A DNA stretch of 63,776 bases, counting the filler, from Octopus bimaculoides (Eukaryota): the NCBI RefSeq assembly GCF_001194135.2. It is 6 parts of 6 records of this genome, joined end to end, with 100 filler letters (N's around TTAATTAATTAA, not from the genome) between each part and the next. Parts side by side here need not be neighbours in the genome. Positions count along the whole stretch, not along the records: positions 33,686 to 62,609 come from NC_068995.1; positions 62,710 to 63,776 come from NW_026414063.1; 4 more parts are not named here. One strand, 5' to 3'. Position 1 is the stretch's first letter. The number at the start of each line of letters is the position of its first letter. A model generated the notes under the pieces. The model was not told the origin of the DNA, made no database searches, and worked only from the letters and a program-made list of their open reading frames with translations. Position numbers and translations under genes: made by a program. Positions 50,166-63,776 of the stretch are shown here, piece after piece.

Positions 50166-50300
50166 GAGTTCGATTCCCGGACCGGGCTGTGTGTTGTGCT
50201 CTTGAGCAACACACTTTCTATCACGTTGCTCCAGTTCACGCAGCCATAAAAATGAGTTGCGCTGTCTCTGGTGCCAAGCTGTGTGCCGTGCAATCCCACG
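50166..50300 (+). mobile_element. SINE family C (head truncated by gap)
   Basis: gagttcgattcccggaccgggctgtgtgttgtgctcttgagcaacacactttc. Confidence 0.85.
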
Positions 50301-50329
50301 GTCGTTCATGACCGAAGGGAGTCTTTAGC

Positions 50330-50381
<52 letters not shown>

Positions 50382-53320
50382 CTGTCTGTATGCGTATGTA
50401 TAAACACACATATACATGCATATATGTGCGAATGTGTGTGTCCAGGCTAGGCAAATTTTCTTCTCAATTTCTAAGTTGGGCGACCATATGTAGGTCCATT
50501 TAAGTATATTTTTGATGTTTTAATAGTTAGTGTAAATAGTTTTAGTTATTAACTAATTGACTAATGAGTGAAATTGATGCTATGAAAATTTGGTGAATTT
50601 AGAACCAAATTCTTCAAAGCGATTGCATTTTGAAATATCACAAACTACGAATTTTATTTTACACAGGGCCACCAGACTGTACAAAATCTTCTCTCGGATG
50701 AAGGAATTTAAACTTATTGTCCAGGCCATTTCTATGACATGAAAAACCATAGCATAATTACCTTATTCAAATATGGTATAACTGTCTTAAGCCAGCTCTG
50801 ATGCGTGCGTGCTCGTGTATGCGTGTGTGAGGATGTGTGCATATGCGTATGTGTGCGCGGATATGTGTGTTACTGTAGGCGTAAATTCATTCTATTGTTT
50901 AATTTTTATAATTTCGAATTTAACGATGAGCAAAATTATACGATTCAAAGTTATAAAATCTTGAAACAAAATGGAAAATATTAAGTAGAATTTTTTCAAA
51001 AAAAGATATTCTAAAAGTAAAGAAATGGTGAAAATTAGATCTGAAGCTGAAAATCTCGTGAATCGGTGAGATATGGCGACTATTACTATTCACAGCATGT
51101 TTTGTGTTGACTCGAAATATTCTGAAAATTATCTAATAATAATTGTTTACATTCTGTCGATTTATCAAAATAGATTAGTCAGCTCCAATTTTTACATCTT
51201 TCAAGTTTTTATAACTTTGAGCCATATAATTTTTATGATTTTTAAGAGAATATTTATTATAAAACTGGAATATTAAAATTAATTTATATTCATAGTAACA
51301 CACAGTCAGACAGACATTTTAATGATACCACTAAATTTCAGTAAAACCATTATATATATATATANNNNNNNNNNNNNNNNNNNNNNNNNNNNNNNNNNNN
51401 NNNNNNNNNNNNNNNNNNNNNNNNNNNNNNNNNNNNNNNNNNNNNNNNNNNNNNNNNNNNNNNNNNNNNNNNNNNNNNNNNNNNNNNNNNNNNNNNNNNN
51501 NNNNNNNNNNNNNNNNNNNNNNNNNNNNNNNNNNNNNNNNNACACACACACACACACACACAAAGATATTTCAATTTGAAATTAGAATCGAAAGCCGTCT
51601 ATTAAAGTAACAAGTTAGTAACAGAATGGTCGATAGATCAAACATGTCCTCTCTACAGATACAAATGCTTCATATATTAAAAATATCATAGATATAAAAA
51701 AAAAAAGTAACAAATGGTTTTATCTGTAGTACAGAAATTGGATTCTTGTGCATGAAATGACCTCATAAATCGAAGATTTAAATGCTACATAAATAGTTTT
51801 CTCAACGCAGTTCCCTTTTTAATAGCCGGAACCTAGGTGGAAACAATCGGTCTAACGCTGTCTGTATATAAATGCATGTCTCTATTGAATTTTGATAATT
51901 CTTTGAATTCATATAATAAAGTAGAGGCTTAGTCCTATCAAGCAATTCCATATTTGGTATTTAGACACTGACAACTTTATAAAAAAAAAACTTTTAAAAA
52001 TTTCTGAATATATCCATTGTTTCGCCTATAGATTATACTTTCAGAATACTTAATATACAGTTTTATTCTTTGCCTTTAAACACATAAAATCTATTGCTTG
52101 AAAATTTAATAATAAAGCTTTGTTTGCCAATGTTTACAAGTAGAATATGAATTTACAATCAGAGCAATGAAGTTACAGACTTCTACACTTTTGTTTCTCG
52201 TGCAATTCGAATGAAATGTTCATATACGTTTGGTAGGACCTCCATAACTGTACGCGAGGTTTGTTTTGTGTCTCAGACAACGATACCAGTTTTGTTCTGT
52301 TTGTATTTGACAGAAGGTTTGATGATAATGTCTCACCAATATTTCTTGATCATGAAACTATTCAACATCTGTAATATATTTTATGTCTCACCGACCTACA
52401 TTTCTAACATATCATTTTGTATTCTGTTTTAATAAGAACATCATTCCACACAGAGTAATTATATTGGGTGATAGGCCTAATTAAAACAGCAGACTTAATC
52501 TTCGGCTCGGATTAACTCCACTGCCTGGTCCTAGGGTGCCTTTAAAAGAGTTTACTCTGTCACAAGCATTTTAGTCATGCTTTCGGTTCGGGAATAACTT
52601 ACTCCCTGTTACCCCCTGTCCTGGAGGTACAGAGAAAATATTAAAAACAATCTCTCTGACTCAACGTTATAGAAATGCCGAATGTCTTCCACAGAAATAT
52701 GATATGGATACCCCTTTTGTCATAGTTCGCTACATTTTGAGACTTCCATAGCTGCACTTCCGTTTATATGTTATCACTATCTCTTACACTTAAATCAAAA
52801 ATGTATAAGCATCAGAATGTGTTATGTTGCAAAGTTACCCAGGAGATCTTAGTTACACTAGCGATTTGTCCTCGTTTTCAATATGCAGAGAAAACTTTTT
52901 ATTGGCCACTGTTAATGTAAAATTGTTTTGTAGATTTGTAATCATTTGGTAATCATTTCCAGGCATTGAGTACTACTTGAAAAGTTAATTGCTTATTTAT
53001 AAGTTGCTTCACCTATTTTAAAGACTTCAGTGATAGTATTTTCGTCATGAGGTCATTGTCATTGATTTATTGGGTCCAGGTCAGCTCTGATGAAACAGAT
53101 TTTTTGAGCAGTGTTCCAACAATTTCCATTCTATCTTATTTTTCAAAAAAAAAAAAAAAAAAAACTTTCCGGGTTTACATTATCCTATGTTGTGTCCTTT
53201 CTGTTTAAACTTGGTAAATTGTGGTTTGAAGAGAAATTGGTTTGCTAAGTCAATCCAATGGGTCGGCAGTATAAAGGTTCTCTCATTGCTTGCAAATGCT
53301 ACCAAACTCGTCATCGTCGT

Positions 53321-53611
53321 GGCACTCCGTCGCTTACGACGACGAGGGTTCCAGTTGATCCGATCAGCGGAACAGCCTGCTCGAGAAATTAACGTGCAAG
53401 TGGCTGAGCACTCTACAGACACGTGTACCCTTAACGTAGTTCTCAGGGAGATTCAGCGTGACACAGAGTGTGACAAGGCTGACCCTTTGAAATACAGGTA
53501 CAGCAGAAACAGGAAGAAAGAGTGAGAGAAAGTTGTGGTGAAAGAGTATAGCAGGGTTCGCCACGACCCCCTGCCGGAGCCTCGTGGAGCTTTAGATGTT
53601 TTCGCTCAATA
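53321..53611 (-). mobile_element. SINE family D, head missing
   Basis: Body nearly identical to 31067-31355; ends at a (GATA)n run. Confidence 0.9.
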
Positions 53612-53667
<56 letters not shown>

Positions 53668-54699
53668 TAAAAATCAACTACAACACTCGTCGTCGAAACC
53701 GATGGATGGGCAATTTAAAAAAAATATTTTTTTGCTTAGCTTCAGGTCAGCTTTAACTGAGCGGACATATAATGAAATACACTCCAGCCATGGTAATCAC
53801 GCCTCTGGTTTTCCTTCCTTATCTGATGTAACCATGAACTATGCGGCTTGTCATTGACTGATGCATCGTACTGCGAGCAGAGTGACAGTTTGGACATGTA
53901 ATCCCTCCTCTCTCAACTCCATGTACGTCTATTGTAGTTGTTCAGATTCGGGTCAACAGTGACTGGATAGACCTGTAGTAGTGGTGGTGGTGGTAGGGGA
54001 TGCTAATAGTGGTGGGTGTATAGTGGGGGATGGTGATGGAAATAACAGTATTGGCAGTGGTGTTGGTGTTGATGTTGCTGGTGATGGTGTTGTTTGTGGT
54101 TGTAGGTATGATGATGGTGGTGGTGGTGGTGGTGGTATTGACGGTAGCCATGACTATAATCCAGCGTTCAACGACATTCTTATTAAAAGCACCGTATTGC
54201 CAATGTTTTAATAGCCAGTAGATTGCCAACAGAGATTTGTCTAACAATTAACATGCCATCTATACTTGAAACAATATCAAAGTGTTGCCTAGCTTATAGC
54301 ATCGAATAACAGAACAGCAGAATTAACGAACATATTAGTTCCTTGCTATCTGCTTAGATAAATACGCACATGAGACTTATATTAAATAATCTGTGGCGTT
54401 GGGAGACCACTTGGTGAGCCTCGTCTTCTTGTGGTGTAATACGTTTGAATGTGTGTGTATGTGTGTATGTATAAACATAAATATGCGCTATACATATATA
54501 TATATAAAGTATGTATATGTTTATATATAAACATATATGTGCATGCATACATATGCATTTATATGTATATGTATATGTGAGTGTATTTGTGCGTATGCAT
54601 GTGTGCATGTAAGCCAGTAAGTATGCAGGTTTTCTGTTTCTCTTTGAGAGTTTAGAGCTAATTTTGACTGGCCACCTGCTTGGTAGTAAAGTTGTGAAA

Positions 54700-55320
54700 G
54701 AAAGCACCTTGCTTTGTGCGTTATTCTTTAAATCTCAAGGAATTACGCATTTTTATTGTCCCATATATCATGATGATTTGTGACGTACGAATAAATGTGT
54801 TGTATTCCCTCCCCAAGAACCCAAGTTCATACTTTGCTCCAGACATGTTGGTATGTATCATGTTGCTCCAATAATAAGAGGTATGAAGCTGAAAGTGTAT
54901 TTTGTGCAATGGATTTGCAATCATCTCATTAATACTCCACAGACGTTCTCTTTCTTTCCACAACAGAATTTATTCTTGTCTTGTACTCCTGCACAACAAT
55001 ATCTGGTTGTTCTATTTTAACTTGGTGCCCCTTTTAATTTTTAAGTTCTTCCAATATTCTTTTTGACCCACGGTCTCATTATAGTCAACTTTGTCTGCTG
55101 GTCTTTTTCTTTTTTCATCTGCTATGTCTTGTTCTGAGCCATGCACCATGCCTCATGAGAAGATGATATCGGAAGACATTCTCCCACAGTTGGCAATAAT
55201 GAGGTTGATGCCTTCAATCTTAGTTTTGCACAGCCCACATTTCTTTTCCGACAATGTTTTTGTTCTGCTTTTTATGCTGTAGGCACTTGGTGGGGATCTT
55301 TTGTTCTTGAATTGCATGGC
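54700..55320 (-). mobile_element. R4/Dong-type LINE C-terminal relic (CCHC and PD-(D/E)xK nuclease)
   Basis: KKCGLCKTKIEGINLIIANC and EQPDIVVQEYKTR on the minus strand. Similarity may extend to about 55900. Confidence 0.65.
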
Positions 55321-55972
55321 GATTGTCTTTAAAGGGGAATTTTATAAACTTTTCTGTAATCCATGTCAAACTTTTGATATGACTTATTCCATCTATGGTT
55401 TGTGTTTTTCGTGTTACATGTGTTTTTCGTGTCACATGTGTTTTTCGTGTCACGCTAAGACACTAAGATGTGTATTTGAAGAAGAAAGAATATCAGTGTT
55501 AGACGCAACAAGCTGACAACATTTCTCCACATACCACTAACACTCCTACTCAGCTACTTCTCCTTTGCATCTCCCAGGTTTTCTACATCTCTTTTCTTCA
55601 CTCAACTCCCTTTTTTTTTTACCCCAAGGGAATCTCGACTCCGGGTTCTTTTTGCTTATGAACATTGGTTGCATCTGGATATCTTTGCGAAGTTTGGTAA
55701 AGATTCGTCCATAACTAGCGACATTGTTTCCGGACAAACAGACAAATATCGATGTTATTAGATACAAAGGGTAACTAGAAACCTTAACCGCCCATCTCCT
55801 GTACCACCACAACCACCATTGCCTTTTTTTTTTAGACATTCTATCTTCTGCAACTGACACAACAACTTTCTTCTACCGGATGATAAAATAATGGCTTTAT
55901 ACTATGTAGACGTTTAGACCTCGCCATAATGCTTGCCGCCGTCTCAATACCAGCCACCACCATCGTCGTCGT

Positions 55973-56038
<66 letters not shown>

Positions 56039-56599
56039 TTTCTCTTTTCTTCAGTTCTATTATTTACCTTATCTGTTTTGTTTNNNNNNNNNNNNNNNNN
56101 NNNNNNNNNNNNNNNNNNNNNNNNNNNNNNNNNNNNNNNNNNNNNNNNNNNNNNNNNNNNNNNNNNNNNNNNNNNNNNNNNNNNNNNNNNNNNNNNNNNN
56201 NNNNNNNNNNNNNNNNNNNNNNNNNNNNNNNNNNNNNNNNNNNNNNNNNNNNNNNNNNNNNNNNNNNNNNNNNNNNNNNNNNNNNNNNNNNNNNNNNNNN
56301 NNNNNNNNNNNNNNNNNNNNNNNNNNNNNNNNNNNNNNNNNNNNNNNNNNNNNNNNNNNNNNNNNNNNNNNNNNNNNNNNNNNNNNNNNNNNNNNNNNNN
56401 NNNNNNNNNNNNNNNNNNNNNNNNNNNNNNNNNNNNNNNTATACATACATTTATATATATATATGTGTGCTAGTGTAATATATGCATGTATATGTCTTAG
56501 TATACGTGTGTACATATGTGTACGTTTTCACATTACGTGTGTATGTGCGTGCGCGCATATGTGTGTGAATGTGTACGTATATGTATGTATGCATCGATT

Positions 56600-57960
56600 G
56601 ATGCTCAATAATCGAGGACAGTGTCTATGTAGACGGATAAATTCTGATTGTGACGGACACATTGCAAATGAAAGTGGTCGGTATCAAAATGGAGGTGTCA
56701 CTAGTAGTAATATGAAGACACTCATTCCTTTGGACAAATCAGAGGTGGCGTTTATAGCCAGGCCTAAGAAGAGGTAACCTCTTGCAGATTAGCGGTTTTT
56801 GTCGCTAGAGAAAGGGCTTTAGTGGGGTAACTCTTTGTACCACAAAAAAATTTCCCCAGATTGGAGCAGATGTCCTTTCGCTCATTGTAGAAAAATGAAA
56901 TTTTAATGTTTGATGCGGGCGGGGCTCTCTGCTGCCAAAATGGCCTGAAAGTCATAACATACCGGCAGGAAAATAACATCGTTAGGTGAGACAGGCTGAC
57001 ACTGAAGTAGCTTCGCTGATTGACAGGTGACGGTCTCGGTTAGAGAATGCGTGGGCTAAGATTACGCGCCCTCCATTGGCAGTTAAAGTTTAGACAGCGT
57101 CACGTGACAACTTTCTGGGGATGCCTGCTGGAGCCTAGCAGCAGGTATTTGAAGGGAAATTTGACAAGACAGTCAGTCGGCCGCTGACACTCGTTGACGC
57201 TGCATCGAAGAGGCCAGGGAACAGAAGAAAGAGGACATGCACTCAACACCAGAGCTGAAGATACCTCCGAAAGGGGAGGGGGGCGCCACGTCAAAACGGT
57301 AGAGGAGTAGAGACCAAAACCGGACGTGGTTCCTCCTGATGATGTCTTGAGCTAACTGGATCCTATAAAGGAGCTGTTGTGGTAACAGACCACGAAACAT
57401 GGCTGAAATTCCATTCCTTCAGTAAATTTCAGAAGTTTGTAATTGATGGTTCTGAGGCAGTGTTATTCCATGACTTCAGTAAGCAAATGTAGTGGTCAAT
57501 TTTAAGATTTGTCTTTATGCTGCTCATTCCTTTGGTCAAGATGTAGACCTAAGTTTAAGCAAAGACCTAGTTTGAGTACTTGGCTGACCTCTAGAATCTA
57601 CCCGATATTCGCAACAGATATGATTTTCAGCTGTGTTTCTTTAGTGATGGAAGTTTGCTCATTTTCGTCTTTCTGGTGTTCACGGCAATCAGAGCTATAT
57701 CGAGGACTCGGTTGAATGTATTGAAAATAGCGCTTTCCCTCCCAGGCGAATCTGTTATCTACTTCTTCCAATACCACTTTAGGAGAAAGGAGAAGACAGA
57801 GATAGAGAGAGGGGAGAGGAAGAGAGAGGAGAGCGAGAGAAAGAGAGAGAGAGAGACGTAGGGAAGTGCTGTTCACCGTTAAATTTACCGAAAAGTACGC
57901 CATGATGATTAATAGACCACGACAAACTAGGTCGACTATTAGCATACACTTGTAGACACC
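56600..57960 (+). mobile_element. Probable L1/Tx1 relic (ORF1 end and endonuclease start)
   Basis: VVGIKMEV...RHSFLWTNQR resembles an ORF1 knuckle region. GC- and CpG-richer, non-microsatellite sequence. Very decayed. Confidence 0.35.
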
Positions 57961-58009
57961 AGAACAAAACTATGAGAAATCACTTGCCCTTGGTAGTCAG
58001 AGTAATCCT

Positions 58010-58116
58010 GGATGTGTGGAATTCCGGCAAGTGTCTTCTGCTATAGCCTCGGGCCGACCAAACCCTTGTGAGTGGATTTGGTAGACGGAAACTGAAAGAA
58101 GCCCGTCGTATATATG

Positions 58117-58148
<32 letters not shown>

Positions 58149-58505
58149 NNNNNNNNNNNNNNNNNNNNNNNNNNNNNNNNNNNNNNNNNNNNNNNNNNNN
58201 NNNNNNNNNNNNNNNNNNNNNNNNNNNNNNNNNNNNNNNNNNNNNNNNNNNNNNNNNNNNNNNNNNNNNNNNNNNNNNNATATGTGTGTGTATGTTTGTG
58301 TGTCTGTGTTTGTCCCCCCAACATCGCTTGACAACCGATGCTGGTGTGTTTACGTCCCCCGTAACTTAGCGGTTCGGCAAAAGAGATCGATAGAATAAGT
58401 ACTAGGCTTCCAAAGAATAAGTCCTGGGGTCGATTTACTCGACTAAAGGCGGTGCTCCAGTATGGCCGCAGTCAAATGGCTGAAACAAGTAAAAGAGTAA
58501 AAGAG
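58010..58505 (+). mobile_element. SINE family A, young, with gap in the internal microsatellite
   Basis: ggcaagtgtcttctgctatagcctcgggccgacc...gaagcccgtcg(TA)n...gtttgtcccccaacatcgcttgacaaccgatgc...gaaacaagtaaaagag. Confidence 0.9.
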
Positions 58506-59901
58506 TACTCCTAAGTTATTGGTTTTGTTAGTATTTTAAAGGGCTTTTAACTTTCTAGACATGGCGAAGAAAGAAGAGTTATCAAGATGTAAACTCCATT
58601 TTGTTTCCTCATTATTAGTACAGGCGTGGAAGGAAGGAGCAGTAATTTTAATAATATATTGAGCTGGGTTAAGACCACTAATAAATATCAATCAGAGAGC
58701 TGCTACCCGGGGTGGTAGCCCGTCTTTTCGGATATTCACATCTTTATTTTTGCTTTCATTTCTCTATATTTTTTTTTCATACTTATCCGTGTGCACGTTC
58801 TTTAAACACCCATTCTGGCTATTCATATAGTATTGTTCATGTAATGTTTCTTTAACCGTTGCCCCTGTGGCAAATATAAAACCACTTATTCAATACATAA
58901 AAAAAAAAATAAAACAAAATAGTTGTCGCTGATGTCAAAGTACAAAGAGTTGTGTTTTATGATCATTGCACTTTGATCAAGTTTCCTAATCTGATTGAAT
59001 TTATTACTATTTATTGTTATAATTATTTATTATTATTATTATTGTTGTTGTTGTTGTTGTTGTTGTTGTGTATGCGTGTGGGTGTGCGAGCGCGCGTGTA
59101 GTTTATTCGGTGCTGTTTAAGTAGAGTCTATCATTCAATATTAGGCTTCTATCATTTCTGTGATATTCAATGCTTTATTGATTCTTCAGCTTATCATTTA
59201 TTGTAAGGCTACAGGAAGCGAGTCCAAGTTTATATCTCAACTGCATCTTTTATTCTTTCTTTCTTTGTTTTTTTTTTTATTTATCTATTTATTTATTTAT
59301 TTTTTTTTTTTATCAACCAGCTAATCACAGGTTTGCTTCGATACCGACGTTGGAACTGACAAGGTGTGGGAAAATTATATACAAATAGTTTACAAATCTT
59401 GTAATTAACGTGATATGGGGCGTGNNNNNNNNNNNNNNNNNNNNNNNNNNNNNNNNNNNNNNNNNNNNNNNNNNNNNNNNNNNNNNNNNNNNNNNNNNNN
59501 NNNNNNNNNNNNNNNNNNNNNNNNNNNNNNNNNNNNNNNNNNNNNNNNNNNNNNNNNNNNNNNNNNNNNNNNNNNNNNNNNNNNNNNNNNNNNNNNNNNN
59601 NNNNNNNNNNNNNNNNNNNNNNNNNNNNNNNNNNNNNNNNNNNNNNNNNNNNNNNNNNNNNNNNNNNNNNNNNNNNNNNNNNNNNNNNNNNNNNNNNNNN
59701 NNNNNNNNNNNNNNNNNNNNNNNNNNNNNNNNNNNNNNNNNNNNNNNNNNNNNNNNNNNNNNNNNNNNNNNNNNNNNNNNNNNNNNNNNNNNNNNNNNNN
59801 NNNNNNNNNNNNNNNNNNNNNNNNNNNNNNNNNNNNNNNNNNNNNNNNNNNNNNNNNNNNNNNNNNNNNNNNNNNNNNNNNNNNNNNNNNNNNNNNNNNN
59901 N

Positions 59902-60212
59902 TTGTAAGCCTAGTACTTACTCTATCGGTTTCTTTTGCCGAACCGCTAAGTTAAGGGGACGCAAACACACCAGCATCGGTTGTCAAGCGATGTTGGGGGG
60001 ACAAACACAGACACACAAACACATACATATATATACATATACATATATACAACGGGATTCTTTCAGTTTCCGTCTACCAAATCCACTCACAAGGCTTCGG
60101 TCGGCCCGAGGCTATAGTAAAAGACACTTGCCCAAGGTGCCACACAGTTGGACTGAACCCAGAACCATGTGGTTGGTAAGCAAACTACTTACCACACAGC
60201 CACTCCTGCGCC
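59902..60212 (-). mobile_element. SINE family A
   Basis: Reverse complement of the family A head and body, ending cagccactcctgcgcc. Confidence 0.9.
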
Positions 60213-60698
60213 TATGCTAGGAGATAATATAAAAATATAAAAGAAAAAAAAAACACAATCAACGGTAGGAATACGGTATTGCAAATTGACGAGCTACTTG
60301 GAATGGTATCGAACTCATAATATGAGCAATAAAGGTCGGTATGCAGAAACTGAGTATTTAACCAAGAACAGTCATAGAGAATTGGTAAATGTTTCTTGTA
60401 ACGAACCGACCTAAGCTTGAGCGGAAACTGAAAGGCTGGTTTTGTACAGCTATACGATCAATCTCTACTACTTCCCTTCTTCTTTCCCCATCTATCTATC
60501 TATCTATCTAACTAATAATCATAAATATACAGGGATTAGCAGGAGCCTGCTTCTCCAGCATACTGAGAATTCAGAAATAGCAGTCAGAGAACTACTGATT
60601 CCAAACTACAAATTTTTTCTCTAACGGATGGCGATATTTATGGCACACACAGAAAATTGTTAATTATTAATTTTATTACTAATTGACGATTCCCTGCC

Positions 60699-60764
<66 letters not shown>

Positions 60765-61246
60765 NNNNNNNNNNNNNNNNNNNNNNNNNNNNNNNNNNNN
60801 NNNNNNNNNNNNNNNNNNNNNNNNNNNNNNNNNNNNNNNNNNNNNNNNNNNNNNNNNNNNNNNNNNNNNNNNNNNNNNNNNNNNNNNNNNNNNNNNNNNN
60901 NNNNNNNNNNNNNNNNNNNNNNNNNNNNNNNNNNNNNNNNNNNNNNNNNNNNNNNNNNNNNNNNNNNNNNNNNNNNNNNNNNNNNNNNNNNNNNNNNNNN
61001 NNNNNNNNNNNNNNNNNNNNNNNNNNNNNNNNNNNNNNNNNNNNNNNNNNNNNNNNNNNNNNNNNNNNNNNNNNNNNNNNNNNNNNNNNNNNNNNNNNNN
61101 NNNNNNNNNNNNNNNNNNNNNNNNNNNNNNNNNNNNNNNNNNNNNNNNNNNNNNNNNNNNNNNNNNNNNNNNNNNNNNNNNNNNNNNNNNNNNNNNNNNN
61201 NNNNNNNNNNNNNNNNNNNNNNNNNNNNNNNNNNNNNNNNNNNNNN

Positions 61247-61281
<35 letters not shown>

Positions 61282-61328
61282 TACACACACACACACATAT
61301 ATATATCTATGCATATACATACATATAT

Positions 61329-61371
<43 letters not shown>

Positions 61372-62226
61372 CACATACATATATATATATATAAGTGATG
61401 TATATATATATACATATACTACATATACATATACATTACATAACATACATACATGTGCATGCGTGTACGTCTGTGTATGTGTGTGTTTGTGTGTGTGTGA
61501 GCGTGTGTTGCATTGGGTTTTATTTGAGTTTGCCTTTGTAGAATTCAAGCCGACCATTAACAAACTGTCTCTTTTGTTTGAGTCAAGACAGTTCTTGGAT
61601 GTTATGGATGCCTCTGGATTGGCTAGTGCGTGTATATACATACATATATGTGTGTGCTTGTACGTGTGTGTGCACGTGTATATGTGTGTGCGTATGTGTG
61701 CGAGTGTGTGGATAAAAATGCACTCATGTAGTGGATGTGCATGTCACTTAAATACAAAAGTGTAAGTGCTTTATTACTGCTTATATGAGTATGCATGCGT
61801 CTGTATTTCGTGTGTACTTATGATTGTGCGTGTATGTGTGGTCGTGTGTGTGATTGTCTGTGTGTGTATGTACATATGTGTATGTGTGTATGCGTGTTAT
61901 GCTGCTGAAGAAAGGGAGAATATGAACGTCGAGTTGAATTGTCTTATGGTAATTTGGTTCCAGTTCTCTTAGACTTTCGTCTACCTTAGTATTTTAGTAT
62001 TTCTGTCGCAGATATAGTTGACTGGGCCACACCTTTGAAAATGTTGTTATTGCTGCGCAACAATAGTACATGCTGTCCAACAGATTACTCAGACAGTTCA
62101 CACCAGTTACCTAACACCAGTGACCTCATTCCATTCCGTATCAATAACTCAACTATTGCCATTGTATTCGATGCTAATCTTGAACTCTTTTGTTCAGTTC
62201 ATTTTCTCCATTATATAATGATACAG

Positions 62227-62265
<39 letters not shown>

Positions 62266-63004
62266 ATCTCTCTCTCTCCCTCTCTCTTTCTCACACACTC
62301 ACACACACACATTACTGCCTATTCTAGTATTCTCAAGCAATGGCAAATGTACTCCAAGCTTTATTATCATTTCTAGAACCGTCTATACTTCTGGTAACAA
62401 TCACCTATTCACAGCTGGTATTTCTATACATATATACAAATATCACTCTCTCCATCTATCTTTCCCTCTCCCCCTCTCTCTCTTTATATATATATATACA
62501 TATATGTATGTGTGTATGTGTGTGTATCATGGGTATACATACATACTTACATACATGCATACATACATACATATACATGCATACATACATACATACATAC
62601 ATATATATANNNNNNNNNNNNNNNNNNNNNNNNNNNNNNNNNNNNNNNNNNNNTTAATTAATTAANNNNNNNNNNNNNNNNNNNNNNNNNNNNNNNNNNN
62701 NNNNNNNNNGCAAAGAAATCTTCCATGATGTAATCGCTTCAGTTTTAGCAAAAATCCTACAAATCACATCGATATGAAATACCGGACAAGCTACTTACCA
62801 TACAGCCACTGCTGCGCCTACAGTATACATAACTTACTGGTATTATGGCTAAGTAAATTTAGAATATAATAAAGCACATATCTGATATTGAGGCTGTCCG
62901 ATAAAAATCAACTTCACTGGTTTCAGTTACTGGACTGCGGCGGTGCTGTAGCAACACTTTCAACATTTTATTGAAACAAATGGATTCTAGTATTAGTTTT
63001 TATT

Positions 63005-63378
63005 GGTAATTGTTCAGTTTAGTGATATAGGAAAAAAAAAGTAAATAAAAATTAAGGGGGAGACAAGTAGTAATAGAAGCGAAAGGACATAACTAAGGAA
63101 CGTTGCAATCGATTCTCATGATCAAGATGTCCACACAAAATGTGGAAAATATGTGGATGCGGGTGAAACGGAAACTGAGACGACAGTTTGGGACATTGGA
63201 CGAATGGTTTGTTTCATATTTGCATGAGTTTCTCTGGCGTAATTCCACTGAGAAAAATAAAATATTTACTCATGTTCTAGCGGCGATCACCAGTCTTTAT
63301 ACTGTATAAAAAGTAAACTGCTTCTTTTACTACTTATCTCCCCTTAATTTTTATTTACTTTTTTATATCACAATTACA
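63005..63378 (+). mobile_element. Merlin (IS1595/ISXO2-like) non-autonomous DNA transposon
   Basis: Exact 9 bp TSD gtttttatt (62996-63004 and 63379-87). TIRs of about 60-75 bp starting GGTAATTGT. Internal VHT/QNVENMWMRVKRKLRRQFGT...SYLHEFLWR is the Merlin transposase C-terminus with a 1 nt frameshift. Confidence 0.9.
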
Positions 63379-63399
63379 GTTTTTATTTTATTTTATTTC

Positions 63400-63776
63400 A
63401 TTTTTAATCAAGTACTTAACCCATTGGTCCTTTTTGCTGACCCTCCAGTTTAAGGGCACGTTAACAACAGACACCGGTAGTCAAGCGGTGGTAGAAACAG
63501 TCACACGAGCACACGCATGTACTTATATGCATACGACGGTCTTCCGTACAGTTTCCGTCTGCTAATTTCATTAACATGGCATTGCTCGGCTCGGAAACAT
63601 GAGTTCAGTACAAGAGACTGCACACATATATACATGTGTATATATATACGTATATATATATATTGAAGTGGCTGTGTGGTAAGTAGCTTGCTTACCAACG
63701 ACATAGTTCTGGATTCAGTCCAACTGCGTTGCACCTTGTGCAAGTGTCTTCTACTATAGCCTCGGGCCGACCAAAG
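63400..63776. mobile_element. SINE family A: decayed minus copy (63400-63600) and plus head (63665 to window end)
   Basis: gtggctgtgtggtaagtagcttgcttaccaac...gcaagtgtcttctactatagcctcgggccgaccaaag. Confidence 0.85.

Noticed and set aside
62005-62225. Open frame after a plus-strand acceptor (DIVDWATPLKMLLL...)
   Set aside because: No convincing donor or homology; it runs into a CA microsatellite.

Overview
Repeat-saturated, gap-rich eukaryotic genomic DNA with no host protein-coding gene I can confidently recognise. The tRNA-derived SINE families and microsatellite load resemble an octopus (coleoid cephalopod) genome; this is recalled similarity, not a search result. Almost all listed ORFs are microsatellite or N-gap artefacts. 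The window contains four tRNA-headed SINE families (about 30 copies), decayed LINE relics (RTE, CR1, L1/Tx1, R4/Dong), and small DNA-transposon derivatives with visible TIRs and TSDs (hAT, mariner, Merlin, Mutator-like, possibly piggyBac). The main find is a set of at least three families of small elements carrying type I hammerhead ribozyme cores (CUGANGA...GAAAC-palindrome-GUH), usually as divergent inverted arms. They include an apparently intact hammerhead with an unusually long stem II (8913-9009), a double-hammerhead palindrome (43025-43366), and a TSD-flanked tRNA-head plus hammerhead unit (22562-22947). These suggest a Penelope/retrozyme-like system of self-cleaving mobile RNAs. Boundaries of decayed elements are approximate and were set by eye.
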